DNA of 64,000 bases, taken from NCBI RefSeq assembly GCF_028368995.1, contig NZ_JAQNDL010000003.1, forward strand, positions 1,376,001-1,440,000. Reading direction: 5' to 3'. The stretch's first letter is position 1, and every line of letters begins with the position of its first letter. The DNA comes from Nannocystis bainbridge. GTDB lineage: Bacteria > Myxococcota_A > Polyangia > Nannocystales > Nannocystaceae. Of this stretch, positions 37,852 through 48,465 are shown piece by piece. The notes under the pieces were generated by a model. That model made no database searches. It saw only the letters and a program-made list of their open reading frames with translations, and was not told the DNA's origin. Made by a program: the position numbers and the translations under genes.

Positions 37852-39504
37852 TCAGAACTGGAAGTAGATGTTGGCCCGCGGCCCGCTCGAAAGCAGCATG
37901 TAGATCAGCAGGGCCAGCAGCGCCAGCAGCAGCCCGATCACCGGCCCCGGCAGGCGGCGGAACGCCGCGTACGTCTGGCGGTCGACCAGGCCCTTCGGCG
38001 TCAGCAGGTGGTAGCCGAGCCCGAACAGCAGCGCCGCCCACACCGCCGGCGTGATGAGCCCGTCGCGGATCCCGTGGGCGTCGAAGCGCAGCAGCCCGGC
38101 GATCATCTTGCGCGAGGTGTCGAGGTCGTCGGCGCGGAAGAACACCCGCGACAGCACCGTGAAGTGGAACGTCAGCAGCACGTGCAGCGCCGTGTTCCAC
38201 GCCGTCCCCGTCTCCGGCAGGCGGGCCACGATCAGGAACATCAGCACCGCGAAGCCGCCCAGCCCCAGGCTCTCCGTCTGGCCCAGCTGCAGCGTCGTCG
38301 ACGACAGCCCGTACACCGCCGCGAACAGGATCAGCAGCCCCGTCACCCACATCGCCCGCGTCTTCGCCGTCCCCGCCCCGCGCTTGCGCAGCCGGTTCCA
38401 GCGGTTGAACACCATCGCCAGCGCGTGGATGTTCGAATACAGGATGAAGTTCCAGCTGGCCCCGTGCCACATGCCGACCAGGAACATGGTCAGCCACAGG
38501 TTGAAGTACACCCGCCCCGGCGAGCCCTTGCTGCCGCCGAGCGGGAAGAACACGTAGTCGCGCAGCCAGGTCGACAGCGTCATGTGCCAGCGGCGCCAGA
38601 ACTCGCCGAGGTTCCTGGCCTGGTACGGGCGCTCGAAGTTCTCCGGCAGCACGAACCCGAGCATCAGCGCCACGCCGATCGCGATGTCCGTGTAGCCGCT
38701 GAAGTCGGCGTAGAGCTGCAGCGTGAACGCGTACAGCGCCAGCAGGATCTCGAGCGACGTGTAGTTCTCGGGCGCGTTGAAGATCGCGTCGGTGAACTGC
38801 GCCGCGATCCAGTCGCCGAGGATCGCCTTCTTGGCCACCCCGATCACCACGCGGTACATCCCGCGCGTCATCGCCTCGGCCGACAGCTGCGGCGGCCGGT
38901 GCAGCTGCGGCAGGAACTCGTGCGCGCGCACGATCGGCCCCGCCACCAGCTGCGGGAAGAACACCACGAACAGCGCGAACTTGCGGAAGTTCGGCTCCGG
39001 CGTCAGCCGCCCGCGCCACACGTCGATCGTGTAGCTCAGCGTCTGGAACGTATAGAAGCTGATCCCGATCGGCAGCAGCAGCTCGAGGTGCGGCACCACC
39101 ACCGCCATCCCCAGCGCGTTCGCCACGTCGCTGAAGATCCCGAGGAAGAAGTTGGTGTACTTGAAGTAGCCGAGCAGCCCGAGGTTGCCGACCAGGCTGA
39201 CGCCGAGCCAGAAGTTGCGCGTGCGGCTCGCCGCCGCCTTCGCCTGCCGGTCCTTGCCTTCGAAGGCCTCGCGCTGGCGCCAGATCTGGTGCGAGCACAC
39301 GTAGTCGAGCACCGTCGACAGCAGCAGCAGCCCGACGAAGTACCACGGCGGCTGCAGCGGCTCCGTCTCGGGCCCTGCCATGTAGAAGAAGTAGCTGGCC
39401 GCGATGAGGAACAGCACCCGCATCACCGGCACATGCGACAGCCCCCACGAGATCAGCAGCACGGGGACGATGAAGAGCAGGAAGTCGAAGCTGACGAAGA
39501 GCAT
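37852..39504 (-). CDS. MBOAT O-acyltransferase (AlgI/PatA/DltB family)
   Basis: LPIGISFYTFQ, FFPQLVAGPI, DFSGYTDIA, FWRRWHMTLS, GMWHGA, terminal IYFQF. Confidence 0.93.
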   Translation of the reverse strand: MLFVSFDFLLFIVPVLLISWGLSHVPVMRVLFLIAASYFFYMAGPETEPLQPPWYFVGLLLLSTVLDYVCSHQIWRQREAFEGKDRQAKAAASRTRNFWLGVSLVGNLGLLGYFKYTNFFLGIFSDVANALGMAVVVPHLELLLPIGISFYTFQTLSYTIDVWRGRLTPEPNFRKFALFVVFFPQLVAGPIVRAHEFLPQLHRPPQLSAEAMTRGMYRVVIGVAKKAILGDWIAAQFTDAIFNAPENYTSLEILLALYAFTLQLYADFSGYTDIAIGVALMLGFVLPENFERPYQARNLGEFWRRWHMTLSTWLRDYVFFPLGGSKGSPGRVYFNLWLTMFLVGMWHGASWNFILYSNIHALAMVFNRWNRLRKRGAGTAKTRAMWVTGLLILFAAVYGLSSTTLQLGQTESLGLGGFAVLMFLIVARLPETGTAWNTALHVLLTFHFTVLSRVFFRADDLDTSRKMIAGLLRFDAHGIRDGLITPAVWAALLFGLGYHLLTPKGLVDRQTYAAFRRLPGPVIGLLLALLALLIYMLLSSGPRANIYFQF

Positions 39505-39590
39505 CGGTTGCCGGCGACGTCGGGCGCTCACGCTACCCGCGCTGCCCGAGAACGCGAAACTTTCCCCTTAAACTTCCGTACCCCCGTAGC

Positions 39591-39970
39591 TCACGCTACA
39601 AGGGCAATCCGGGGCTTTTTGCGCTTCGTGTCCAGGCCGTTTCCAGACGGCGGCGGGGGCGGCTCGGCCATGGCGGTGCTCACGTCCACCGCCATCCCCG
39701 CCATCTTCATCCTGCCCGCGTGGAGGTAGCCCCGCGCGACGGTCCCCTCGCCGGTGTGCCGGACGAGGTGCTGCAGGCCCGCAGAGGCAGATGCTGCTCG
39801 GCCAGGTGGGCCCACCTGGAGTGATGGATCCGGCGGAGGCCGAATCACGCGTGACCGTCCGGCCAGGGTACCGGTCATCACCGTGGGTGCTCCCAGGCTC
39901 AGGTTCGCGCCTGGTGCGCCGAGGGAGAACCCACATCGTGTCCAGCCCTCCCGCCTTGAGCGCCTGCAGC
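39591..39970 (-). pseudogene. Probable decayed tyrosine recombinase C-terminal fragment
   Basis: Across frameshifts reads ..GLRRIHH..AHLAEQHLPL / LQHLVRHTGEGTVARGYLH.., resembling the HxLR...H...Y box; atypical composition. Confidence 0.4.
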
Positions 39971-40159
39971 GCCCGATCTTCTGGCCGACCTTCAAGGCGA
40001 GACCGGGTTGTCCGTGGCGCGGCGATCCGATTGCGCCCGAACCTGTCCATGCCGCCCATCCTCGACCTCGACGCGCGCCCGAATTCGCCGTGCATGGCCT
40101 CCAGGCCCTGATTTGGGCCTGGTTGCCTCCGAGCCGCGCGTCTGGGTAGCGTGCGACCG

Positions 40160-41320
40160 ATGACGCGGACCACCGCCCCCCAGGCCGTCGCCACCGCGCT
40201 GGCGCTCGCAGGATGTTCGGCCGGCGAGCAGCGGCGCGAGGTCGACGCGGCGCCGGCGAAGATCGATGGCCGCCAGGCGGCGCGACAGGGCGACCTGCTG
40301 TCCGGGTCGTGGGCGCCGTTACCGGGGCGGATCGTCGACATCGCGGCGACCGACGACATGCTGTTCCTCGCCGACGTCCCCGAGGCCGGGCACCCGATGC
40401 GCGTCCACGCCGGGCGCTGGCGCGACGGGCAATGGCGGTGGGAGCAGCCGTGGAGCGTGCCCTGGCCGCCGACAGTCCCGGCAGGCCACGATCTCACGGG
40501 CTCCGGCGCGTGGCTCGGCGTCGCGGCGACCTCCGGAGGCGCGCACGTCTCGCTGACCCGCGTCGAGTATCAGGGCGGCTCGCACGGCATCGCCGTGGCC
40601 ACGCTGGTCGACGGTGCGTGGACGAACACGACGGAGCTCGAGAGCCCGACCGACGCCGACATCGCCTTCGGTCGGCCGGCCCTGCGCCGCGGCGACGTGC
40701 TGCTGACCGCCGACGGCCACGATCGCCTGTGGCACTACACGCGTGCGAACGACGACTGGCAGGGGCAGCCGATCGCCCTGCCTGCGGGCAGCACGCTGAT
40801 GCTCGAGCCGGCGATGGACCTGTCCGCGGACGCGGCCGATCTCGCGGTCGCCTATCAAGACGCCGCCGACAAACCAGCGCTCGCGCTCTACCGTCGCGGG
40901 CCCGCCGGCGGCTACGCGCTCGCCGGCACGCGGGCGCTCCCCGGCCCGGTCACCGCGCTGGCGTTCGCCGGAGCGGAGCTGTTCCTCGGGTTCCAGCGGC
41001 CGACCCCCGACGGCGCCGTCGTGTGGGCGCTGCCGGCTGCCCTGCCCGATCCGCTGGTCCCGGCGCGTCGCCTCGAGTTGCCCGCGCCGGCCGATCCGAA
41101 GCACGAGCACCTCTCCGACGGCGACGTCTCGCCCGACTGGGTCCTGGCGCTGCAGCTCGACGCCGCGTGGGTCCGCGACGCCGCGGCCGCAGGTCCGCTG
41201 CGTCGCCTCGACCTCCCGCCCGCGAAGGACGGCAAGCTGCGCCGGCCCGCTGGAGCGCTCATGGGCTCGGTCGCGGTGCTGCTCGTCGACGGTCGACTCG
41301 GGTCCTTCGCGCTCGAGTGA
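40160..41320 (+). CDS. Hypothetical lipoprotein, possibly beta-propeller
   Basis: LAGC lipobox; beta-rich repeats. Confidence 0.6.
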   Translation: MTRTTAPQAVATALALAGCSAGEQRREVDAAPAKIDGRQAARQGDLLSGSWAPLPGRIVDIAATDDMLFLADVPEAGHPMRVHAGRWRDGQWRWEQPWSVPWPPTVPAGHDLTGSGAWLGVAATSGGAHVSLTRVEYQGGSHGIAVATLVDGAWTNTTELESPTDADIAFGRPALRRGDVLLTADGHDRLWHYTRANDDWQGQPIALPAGSTLMLEPAMDLSADAADLAVAYQDAADKPALALYRRGPAGGYALAGTRALPGPVTALAFAGAELFLGFQRPTPDGAVVWALPAALPDPLVPARRLELPAPADPKHEHLSDGDVSPDWVLALQLDAAWVRDAAAAGPLRRLDLPPAKDGKLRRPAGALMGSVAVLLVDGRLGSFALE

Positions 41321-41422
41321 GAAACGGTCTTCCAGACAGCATGTCCCTCGGGACATGTCACCCCGAACGCGAGCGGGCAGCCACCTCGCGGCGACTGCCC
41401 CTTGCGAGCGCTCACGCGCGCC

Positions 41423-41785
41423 TCACTCCGGCTTCTTGCCGCCGTGCTTGGCCACCACCGCCGCGATCAGCGTCTTGCCCGGCTCCTCGGCGCACGACTT
41501 GAAGATCCGGTAGCCCATCGCCGAGCGGTTCTTGTCGTAGCACTCGAGCACGTCCTTGTGCTTCTCCTCGAGCTTCTGCGCCTGGCACTCGGCGGCCACC
41601 TCCGACTTCAGCGTCTTCATGATCTCGGGCGAATCGCCGGTCTCCTTGGCCTCGAGGAGGACGATGCCCGCCAGCGGACCGGCCGCCTTGGCACACAGAG
41701 AGTCGTCGGCGCCGCCCGAGCAGGCGGAGGTGACGGAAGCCGCGACGAACAGCGCGGCCAGCGAGAGCTTGAACGACAGGGTCAT
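41423..41785 (-). CDS. Small Cys-containing lipoprotein
   Basis: AGGAGA RBS, VTSAC lipobox, four further Cys. Confidence 0.7.
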   Translation of the reverse strand: MTLSFKLSLAALFVAASVTSACSGGADDSLCAKAAGPLAGIVLLEAKETGDSPEIMKTLKSEVAAECQAQKLEEKHKDVLECYDKNRSAMGYRIFKSCAEEPGKTLIAAVVAKHGGKKPE

Positions 41786-42070
41786 GACATTCTCCTGGGG
41801 GTGAAGAGGGCGCGACGCCGCAAGGGTCGCAGCCGCGCCGAGCATCGCACGATCGCCGCGGCCGCGCCCACGACCCCGATCGCAGGGTTTTTCGCGGCGG
41901 CCGGGCTCTGCCGCCGCTCGCGTCTCGCCGCCGGACGACCTCGCGTGCATCGGCAACGATGTTCCGCTGGCGGTCCGTCCTCGTTGTCGGACGTCGCGGA
42001 TCACCTCGTCACGCCCGGCGACGCCGACCGCAGCCACCCGGACAACCCCTCGTCCGCGCTCGACCTGCCG

Positions 42071-42679
42071 TCACTGCCCGCCGCCGCGGACCAGCGCCGA
42101 TTCGCCTGACCGCGTCGACCCGGCCAGCGCCGCGCGCAGGGCCTCGGCCGCCGCCAGATCGGCGGCTGCCTGCTCGACCACCGTCACCAGCTCCGCGCGC
42201 AGCCCTGGTGCCTGCGCGTACGGTCGCGCCTCGTTGTTGACTGCCCCGATCCCCAGCATCAGCGCCTCGATCTGTCCCTTGAGCCAGATCTCGTCGAACC
42301 CGGCCCCGCGGGGCTCGGCCGGCAGCTCTGCCAGCGCCCGCCGGGCCGCGAAGCGCAGCCCGTCGCTCGTATCACCGCCGCTCGCTCGCAGCCCCGTCTG
42401 CACGCTCAACGCTCGCAGCCGCCGCTGCCCCGCCGCCGCGTGGCGCGTGATCGTCTCGGCCAGCGCTCGCACCTCGCGGCTCGTCCCGCGCGTACGCCCC
42501 GGCGCGGCCGCCTCGCGGCTCACCGCGTGGATGGTCGCCAGCACCCCCAGCAATTCGTCGTCGGACGCCGGCGGGCTCGGCAGCGCCGCGGGCGGGAGCG
42601 TCGGCGGGGTTGCGGCCCCGGCTGGAGCTCCGCCAAGCACGACCATCGCTCCCACGATCAGAAATTTGAAGATCGCCAT
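42071..42679 (-). CDS. DUF4142-like exported helical protein
   Basis: SDDELL, EVRALAETITRH, GAGFDEIWL. Confidence 0.55.
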   Translation of the reverse strand: MAIFKFLIVGAMVVLGGAPAGAATPPTLPPAALPSPPASDDELLGVLATIHAVSREAAAPGRTRGTSREVRALAETITRHAAAGQRRLRALSVQTGLRASGGDTSDGLRFAARRALAELPAEPRGAGFDEIWLKGQIEALMLGIGAVNNEARPYAQAPGLRAELVTVVEQAAADLAAAEALRAALAGSTRSGESALVRGGGQ

Positions 42680-43300
42680 GCCACGAGCGTGACCCGGGTC
42701 TCGCGCCCCAACGTGGCTCCCTCGCGCTCCCCGGGGCCTCCCTCCTCGCGCCCGCGCCAGCGCGCGCCGGACCCCGCGTGCGCGGCCGCCACCCGCCGGG
42801 CCCGGTCTCTCTTCATATGTCCTTCACGACATGTCGTCCATGACATGTCATGCGAGCGACCTACGCGACATCTCGGCAGTCCGCGAGCGCTCGCCACCAT
42901 CGTCGAGGTCGCGGCCACCGAGCCCGCACCGGCCTCAAGCGGACCCGAGCAGTCGATGATCGCCCTTGCGACACCGCATGCGAGCGAGCGCCTGTGACCG
43001 CCGTCGAATCGCGGCGCCCGGGTCCGCGCCACCGCAAGCAGGCCGCCCGGCCGACGCCGACATCCGCATGACCGCCCTCTTGCCGCCGAACGGCGAGAAC
43101 TGACAGTCGCCGCGACATGAAAAAAACCACGCCGACCCCCGCACCGCTGACGACCGCTCAGACCACCTGTCCATTCGGACACATTATCTGCTTCCCCGCC
43201 CGTCGGCCCCGCGATTCGCAGCTTCATCCTTCGCCGCCCCGCCCCTCGCCCCCGGAACCGCGACTTGTTCGCCCGTGCTCGCCGTGTCACCTTCCGCCGC

Positions 43301-43933
43301 ATGCGATTACCCCGATTCGCCTGCGCCCTGAGCCTGGTCCTGTTCGCCTGCGGGGGCGACAGCGACACCAGTGCCACCGACACCACCGGCGTCACCGAGG
43401 CCAGCGGCACCGACGGCACCACCGGCACCGACGGCACCACCGGCACCGACCCCACCGAGGCGCCCGGCACCGACACCGACGGCGAGCCGCTCGCCCCCGA
43501 GTGCGCCTGCCTCGCCGACGAGGCCAGCTGTGGCGCCGAGCTGTGCCCTGGCGTCGGCCTCGACTGCGAGGAGCCCGCCTGCGATCCCGCCCACCCCGTC
43601 AACGACGAGGCCGCCCTGCAGTGCACCCTCGAGGCTCTGCGTGACCGCGAAGCCGGCAAGGTCTCCTGGTTCGTGCGCGAGAGCCTCGGCCAGTACGCGT
43701 ACGGCACCACCATCTACGTCCAGGCCGACGGCAGCGCGATCGTCACCCGCTCCGGCGGCGCTGACCTTTGCAGCTACTGGGGCCCCGACACCCGCCACGC
43801 CCTCGCCGAGCCCACCTACTTCGACGATTGCCTGGCCCTGCCGACCGGCCGCGAGCGCTTCGACTGCCTCGTGGAGGGCCTGGGCGAGGAGCTGCAGGTC
43901 TGCGTCCCCGAGGCGCAGAGCTGCGAGAGCTAG
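43301..43933 (+). CDS. Hypothetical Cys-rich lipoprotein
   Basis: LFAC lipobox, TTGTDG linker repeats. Confidence 0.7.
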   Translation: MRLPRFACALSLVLFACGGDSDTSATDTTGVTEASGTDGTTGTDGTTGTDPTEAPGTDTDGEPLAPECACLADEASCGAELCPGVGLDCEEPACDPAHPVNDEAALQCTLEALRDREAGKVSWFVRESLGQYAYGTTIYVQADGSAIVTRSGGADLCSYWGPDTRHALAEPTYFDDCLALPTGRERFDCLVEGLGEELQVCVPEAQSCES

Positions 43934-44053
43934 CGATCTCGCGGCGCCTCGTCTCCCCGAGGCGCGCGCGTGCCATGACCTTCAAGACATGTCCCCAAGA
44001 TCATCCACGCACGCCTGGCATGATCTTCGAGACATGTCTTAAAGTTCACCTCG

Positions 44054-45139
44054 TCACTGCGGGATCAGGCAAGCGCACGCGTCCTTGTCCCCGTCGTCCG
44101 GCGCGTAGTCGAAGCAGGTCGCGTCGTAGGCCTCGCACAGCCACGCGTGGCCGTTGCCGCACAGGGTCAGGACCGCGTCCGGCAGCATCGGCGCCCCGCC
44201 CAGCAGCGGCGCCTCGCCCAGGCCCAGCTTGGTCGCCGGGGCCACCACTCCGCCGAGCGGATCGATGATCGCCGCGCGGGCGTCCGGGGCGGTGCTCATC
44301 ACCAAAAAATTCTCGCTGCCGGCGATCAGCGCGATCCCGTCGAAGCCGGTCAGGCCGACCTGCCCGGGCATGTCGACGCGGCGGACCTCGCTGAGCCCGT
44401 CGCGTGACAGCACCACCAGCTCGTTCGTCCCGTAGCTGGCGATATAGAGGTTGTCGTCGAGGCCGAGCGCCAGCCCGGCGCAGACGCTCATGCCGAACCC
44501 GAGCTGCTGCGGCGGCTCGAGCGGCGCCAGCGTCACCGGGTCGACCTCGTTGAGCACGCAGCTCTGGTTGATGAGCAGCCCGCGCTGCAGCTTCGCATCG
44601 TACGTCGCCCCGTCGAGCTGCGGCAGCGCCTCGGCCGGCACGTCGAACACCTCGCCCTTCGGCGTGCCGTCGGTGCTGAAGCGGCGCGCCTTGCCGCTGA
44701 ACGACATGATCATGACCTCGTCCGCGTCGCCGTTGTAGAACGACGCCTGCAGCACCTTGTCGGGCAGCCCGGTGTCGAACTTCTTGACGTAGGTGAACGC
44801 CACCGTGTCGGTCACCGCTTGCGGGTCGCAGAAGTTCGGCTCGGTGGTGCTCGTCGCCGGCTCGGTGGTGCTCGTCGAGCTCGTCGTCGTCGTCGAGGTC
44901 ACCGCCGAGGTCCCCGTCGGCACCTCGCCGGTCGAGGTCGTCGAGTCGCTCGTGCCGGTTCCGGTCGCCTCGCCGGTGGTCGAGCTCGAAGTCGGCGGTT
45001 CGGCCGTCGTGCTCGCCGTGTTGCTGGTCGTCGACGCCGTCGTCGTCGCCGAGGCGCCGCCGCTGTCCGGGCGACCTTCGTCGCTGCACGCCGCGAGGGC
45101 GCAGGAGGTGAGCACGAAGACCAGCGATCGCACGAACAT
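44054..45139 (-). CDS. Hypothetical lipoprotein with Thr-rich linker and propeller-like domain
   Basis: LAAC lipobox, Thr/Ser tract, NLYIASY. Confidence 0.7.
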   Translation of the reverse strand: MFVRSLVFVLTSCALAACSDEGRPDSGGASATTTASTTSNTASTTAEPPTSSSTTGEATGTGTSDSTTSTGEVPTGTSAVTSTTTTSSTSTTEPATSTTEPNFCDPQAVTDTVAFTYVKKFDTGLPDKVLQASFYNGDADEVMIMSFSGKARRFSTDGTPKGEVFDVPAEALPQLDGATYDAKLQRGLLINQSCVLNEVDPVTLAPLEPPQQLGFGMSVCAGLALGLDDNLYIASYGTNELVVLSRDGLSEVRRVDMPGQVGLTGFDGIALIAGSENFLVMSTAPDARAAIIDPLGGVVAPATKLGLGEAPLLGGAPMLPDAVLTLCGNGHAWLCEAYDATCFDYAPDDGDKDACACLIPQ

Positions 45140-45591
45140 GGCCGACCATAGCCCAGCCCCACCGAGCCCGGGGCTCGATCGCGCGCGACCGCGAAGCACC
45201 GCGCCTCATGCAAACCCCGTCGTCGCGGCGCGTGAGCCCCGGACACCGCCCGCTCGACGCTCGCGCAGACGGTCGCGCGGCGAAATCAACCTGTCCCGAA
45301 GACCATCTCCATCCTCCTCGATCTGCATCCCCGCGAGAATCATCGCGCCGACGCACTCGCCGCAGACCCCGACTGCCGAACCCCGCCTCGCCGGTCCCCG
45401 CGCCGCCGCCCCCGCCGGCAGTTTTCCCCCGCTCCGCCGCCCCCGCCCCGCAGAATTTCCGCCGCCGGCTCGCCGCTCTGCCGCCCCGCCCCGCCGATTG
45501 CCGCGCAGATCCTCGTTTCGCGCCCCGCCTCGCCGCCGGGCCCCCTTCCGCCGCGCCGTCGCCTGCGATATCCCTCGGCTTGAGCCGCGCC

Positions 45592-47088
45592 ATGACGAAC
45601 GACCTGCGCTTCCCCGCCCGCAGCTACGACTTTACGCCCTACGTCCCGTGCAACAACTGGATCGGCGGCGAGTTTACCCCCGCCGCCGCCGGCGACAGCT
45701 TGCCGATCGACAACCCGCGCCACGGCAAGACCTTCGGCCACGTCGCCATGTCCGGCGCCGCCGACGTCGCCCGCGCCGTCGAGGCCGCCAAGGCCGCCTT
45801 CCCCGGCTGGCGCGACACCCCGCTCAAGGAGCGGGTCCAGGTCCTGTTCCGCCTCAAGGCCCTGCTCGAGCGCGACCTCGAGGAGCTCGCCTGGCTCGTC
45901 TCGCACGAGAACGGCAAGGTCATCGCCGAGGCGCGGGCCGACGTGCTCAAGGGCATCGAGTGCCTCGAGTACGGCATCAGCCTGCAGAACATGGTCGCCG
46001 GCGAGCAGCTCGACGTCAGCCGCGGCATCAACTGCAGCATCACCTACGAGCCGCTCGGCGTGTGCGCCGGCATCGTCCCGTTCAACTTCCCGATCATGGT
46101 CCCGCTGTGGATGCTGCCGCAGGCGCTCGTGTCCGGGAACACCTTCATCCTCAAGCCGTCCGAGGTCGTCCCCTACGGCGCGATGAAGCTCGCCCAGCTG
46201 CTCCAAGAGGCAGGTCTGCCCGCCGGCGTGTTCAACACCGTCAACGGCGGCCAGCCCGCCGTCGAGGCCATCGCCGACCATCCTGACATCAAGGCCGTCG
46301 GCTTCGTCGGCAGCACCCGCGTCGCCAAGGCCGTCTACTCGCGCAGCGCCGCCGCCGGCAAGCGGGCCCTGTGCCTCGGCGGGGCCAAGAACCACTTGCT
46401 CGTCGTGCCCGACGCCGACCTCGAGCTGACCAGCACCACCGTCGTCGCCTCCGCCTACGGCTGCGCCGGCCAGCGCTGCATGGCCGCCTCGCTGATGATC
46501 GCCGTCGGCGACGTCGATCCGATCGTCGACGCCATCGTCGCCCACGCCAAGAAGCTGCGCCTCGGCGAGGACATGGGCCCCGTCATCCACGGCGGCGCCG
46601 TCGAGCGCATCACCCACTACATCGCCGACGCCGAGCGGCGCGGGGCCAAGATCCTGCTCGACGGCCGCGGCGCCAGGGGCCCCGGCGGCGTCGGCCACTG
46701 GGTCGGCCCGACGATCCTCGACCACGTCAGCCCCGACATGCCGGCCGGCTGCGAGGAGATCTTCGGCCCCGTCCTCTCCATCATCCGCGCCCGCACCGTC
46801 GACGAGGCGATCGCCATCGAGAACGCCAGCACCTACGGCAACGCCGCCTCGATCTTCACCCAGAACGGCGCCGTCGCCCGCTACTGCATCGAGCGCTTCG
46901 AGGCCGGCATGTGCGGCGTCAACATCGGCGTGCCCGTCCCGCGCGAGCCGTTCTCGTTCGGCGGCTGGAACCAGTCGCTGTTCGGCGCCGGCGACCTGAC
47001 CGGCTGGGACGGCCTGCGCTTCTGGACCCGCGCGCGCAAGCTGACCACCCGCTGGCAGCTCAGCAAGGACGCCACCTGGATGTCCTGA
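45592..47088 (+). CDS. mmsA: CoA-acylating (methyl)malonate-semialdehyde dehydrogenase
   Basis: PFNFP, LKPSE, GFVGST, GGAKNH, GCAGQRCMA, EEIFGPV, VNIGVPVP. Confidence 0.92.
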   Translation: MTNDLRFPARSYDFTPYVPCNNWIGGEFTPAAAGDSLPIDNPRHGKTFGHVAMSGAADVARAVEAAKAAFPGWRDTPLKERVQVLFRLKALLERDLEELAWLVSHENGKVIAEARADVLKGIECLEYGISLQNMVAGEQLDVSRGINCSITYEPLGVCAGIVPFNFPIMVPLWMLPQALVSGNTFILKPSEVVPYGAMKLAQLLQEAGLPAGVFNTVNGGQPAVEAIADHPDIKAVGFVGSTRVAKAVYSRSAAAGKRALCLGGAKNHLLVVPDADLELTSTTVVASAYGCAGQRCMAASLMIAVGDVDPIVDAIVAHAKKLRLGEDMGPVIHGGAVERITHYIADAERRGAKILLDGRGARGPGGVGHWVGPTILDHVSPDMPAGCEEIFGPVLSIIRARTVDEAIAIENASTYGNAASIFTQNGAVARYCIERFEAGMCGVNIGVPVPREPFSFGGWNQSLFGAGDLTGWDGLRFWTRARKLTTRWQLSKDATWMS

Positions 47089-47093
47089 GGGAC

Positions 47094-48455
47094 ATGTCCG
47101 AGCAGCCCTCCGAGCCCCCGAGGATCTCCGCCATGGACAGCCGCACCATCGTCGAACTCTGCAAGCAACACACCATGTGGTCGTGGTCGAAGAGCGGCCC
47201 GCTGCAGCCGCTCGCGTTCGAGCGGGCCGAGGGCGTGTACCTCTACACCCCCGAGGGCAAGCGCTACCTCGACTTCAACAGCCAGCTCATGAGCGTCAAC
47301 ATCGGCCACAGCCACCCCAAGGTGCTGGCGCGGATGAAGGACGCCATCGACGGCCACATGCTGTTCGCCGCCCCGAGCGCCGCCACCCCCGTGCGCGCGC
47401 GCCTGGGCCAGCGCCTGGCCGAGCTCGTGCCCGGCGACATCAACTCGTTCTTCTTCACCCTCGGCGGCGCCGAGGCCAACGAGAACGCGATCAAGGCCGC
47501 CCGCCTCTACACCGGCCGCCACAAGATCCTCAGCCGCTACCGCAGCTACCACGGGGCCACCCACGCCGCCATGCAGATGACGGGCGACCCGCGCCGCTGG
47601 GCCAACGAGCCCGGCGCGTCCGGCTTCGTCCGCGTCATGGACCCGATCCCCTACGACTTCAGCTTCGGCAACACTGACGCCGAGCGCACCGCGAATCACC
47701 TGCGCTACCTCGAGGAGATCATCCAGTACGAGGGCCCGCACACGATCGCGGCGATGTTCGTCGAGACCGTCATCGGCACCAACGGCATCCAGCCGCCGCC
47801 CGAGGGCTGGCTGGCCGGCCTGCGCGCCCTGCTCGACAAGTACGGCATCCTCCTCGTGTGCGACGAGGTCATGTGCGGCTTCGGTCGCACCGGCAAGCTG
47901 TTCGCCTTCGAGCACTTCGGCGCCCAGCCCGACATCCTCACCATGGCCAAGGGCCTCACGTCCTCGTACGTCCCGCTCGGGGCCATGGGCGTGACCGACA
48001 AGATCGCCGCCCACTTCCGCGACAACGTGTTCTGGGGCGGCCTCACCTACAACGCCCACCCGTTCTGCCTCGCCGTCGCCGAGGCCGTGCTCGACGTCAT
48101 GCTCGAGGAGGACATGGTCGGCAACGCCGCCCGCATGCAGCACGTCATGCTCGCCGAGATGGCCGCCCTCAAGGCCAGGCACCCGAGCGTCCGCGACTTC
48201 CGGGCCATCGGCCTGTTCGGCGCCATCGAGCTGCAGAAAGACCGCCAGGGCACCCGCATGGCCCCCTACAACGGCTCGCACCCGGCCATCGACCGCATGA
48301 TGGCCTTCTTCAAGCAAGAGGGCCTGTTCACCATCTCGCACTGGTGGACCCTGATGTGCAACCCGCCGCTCTCGATCACCGAGGCCGAGCTGCGCGAGGG
48401 CTTCGCCATCATCGACCGCGGCCTCGCCATCACCGACGAGGCCGTCGAAGGCTGA
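47094..48455 (+). CDS. Class III PLP aminotransferase (beta-alanine/taurine-type)
   Basis: YLDFNSQL, GAEANE, SYHG, DEVMCGFGRTG, MAKG; alternative start 47133. Confidence 0.9.
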   Translation: MSEQPSEPPRISAMDSRTIVELCKQHTMWSWSKSGPLQPLAFERAEGVYLYTPEGKRYLDFNSQLMSVNIGHSHPKVLARMKDAIDGHMLFAAPSAATPVRARLGQRLAELVPGDINSFFFTLGGAEANENAIKAARLYTGRHKILSRYRSYHGATHAAMQMTGDPRRWANEPGASGFVRVMDPIPYDFSFGNTDAERTANHLRYLEEIIQYEGPHTIAAMFVETVIGTNGIQPPPEGWLAGLRALLDKYGILLVCDEVMCGFGRTGKLFAFEHFGAQPDILTMAKGLTSSYVPLGAMGVTDKIAAHFRDNVFWGGLTYNAHPFCLAVAEAVLDVMLEEDMVGNAARMQHVMLAEMAALKARHPSVRDFRAIGLFGAIELQKDRQGTRMAPYNGSHPAIDRMMAFFKQEGLFTISHWWTLMCNPPLSITEAELREGFAIIDRGLAITDEAVEG

Positions 48456-48465
48456 CCGTATGGAC

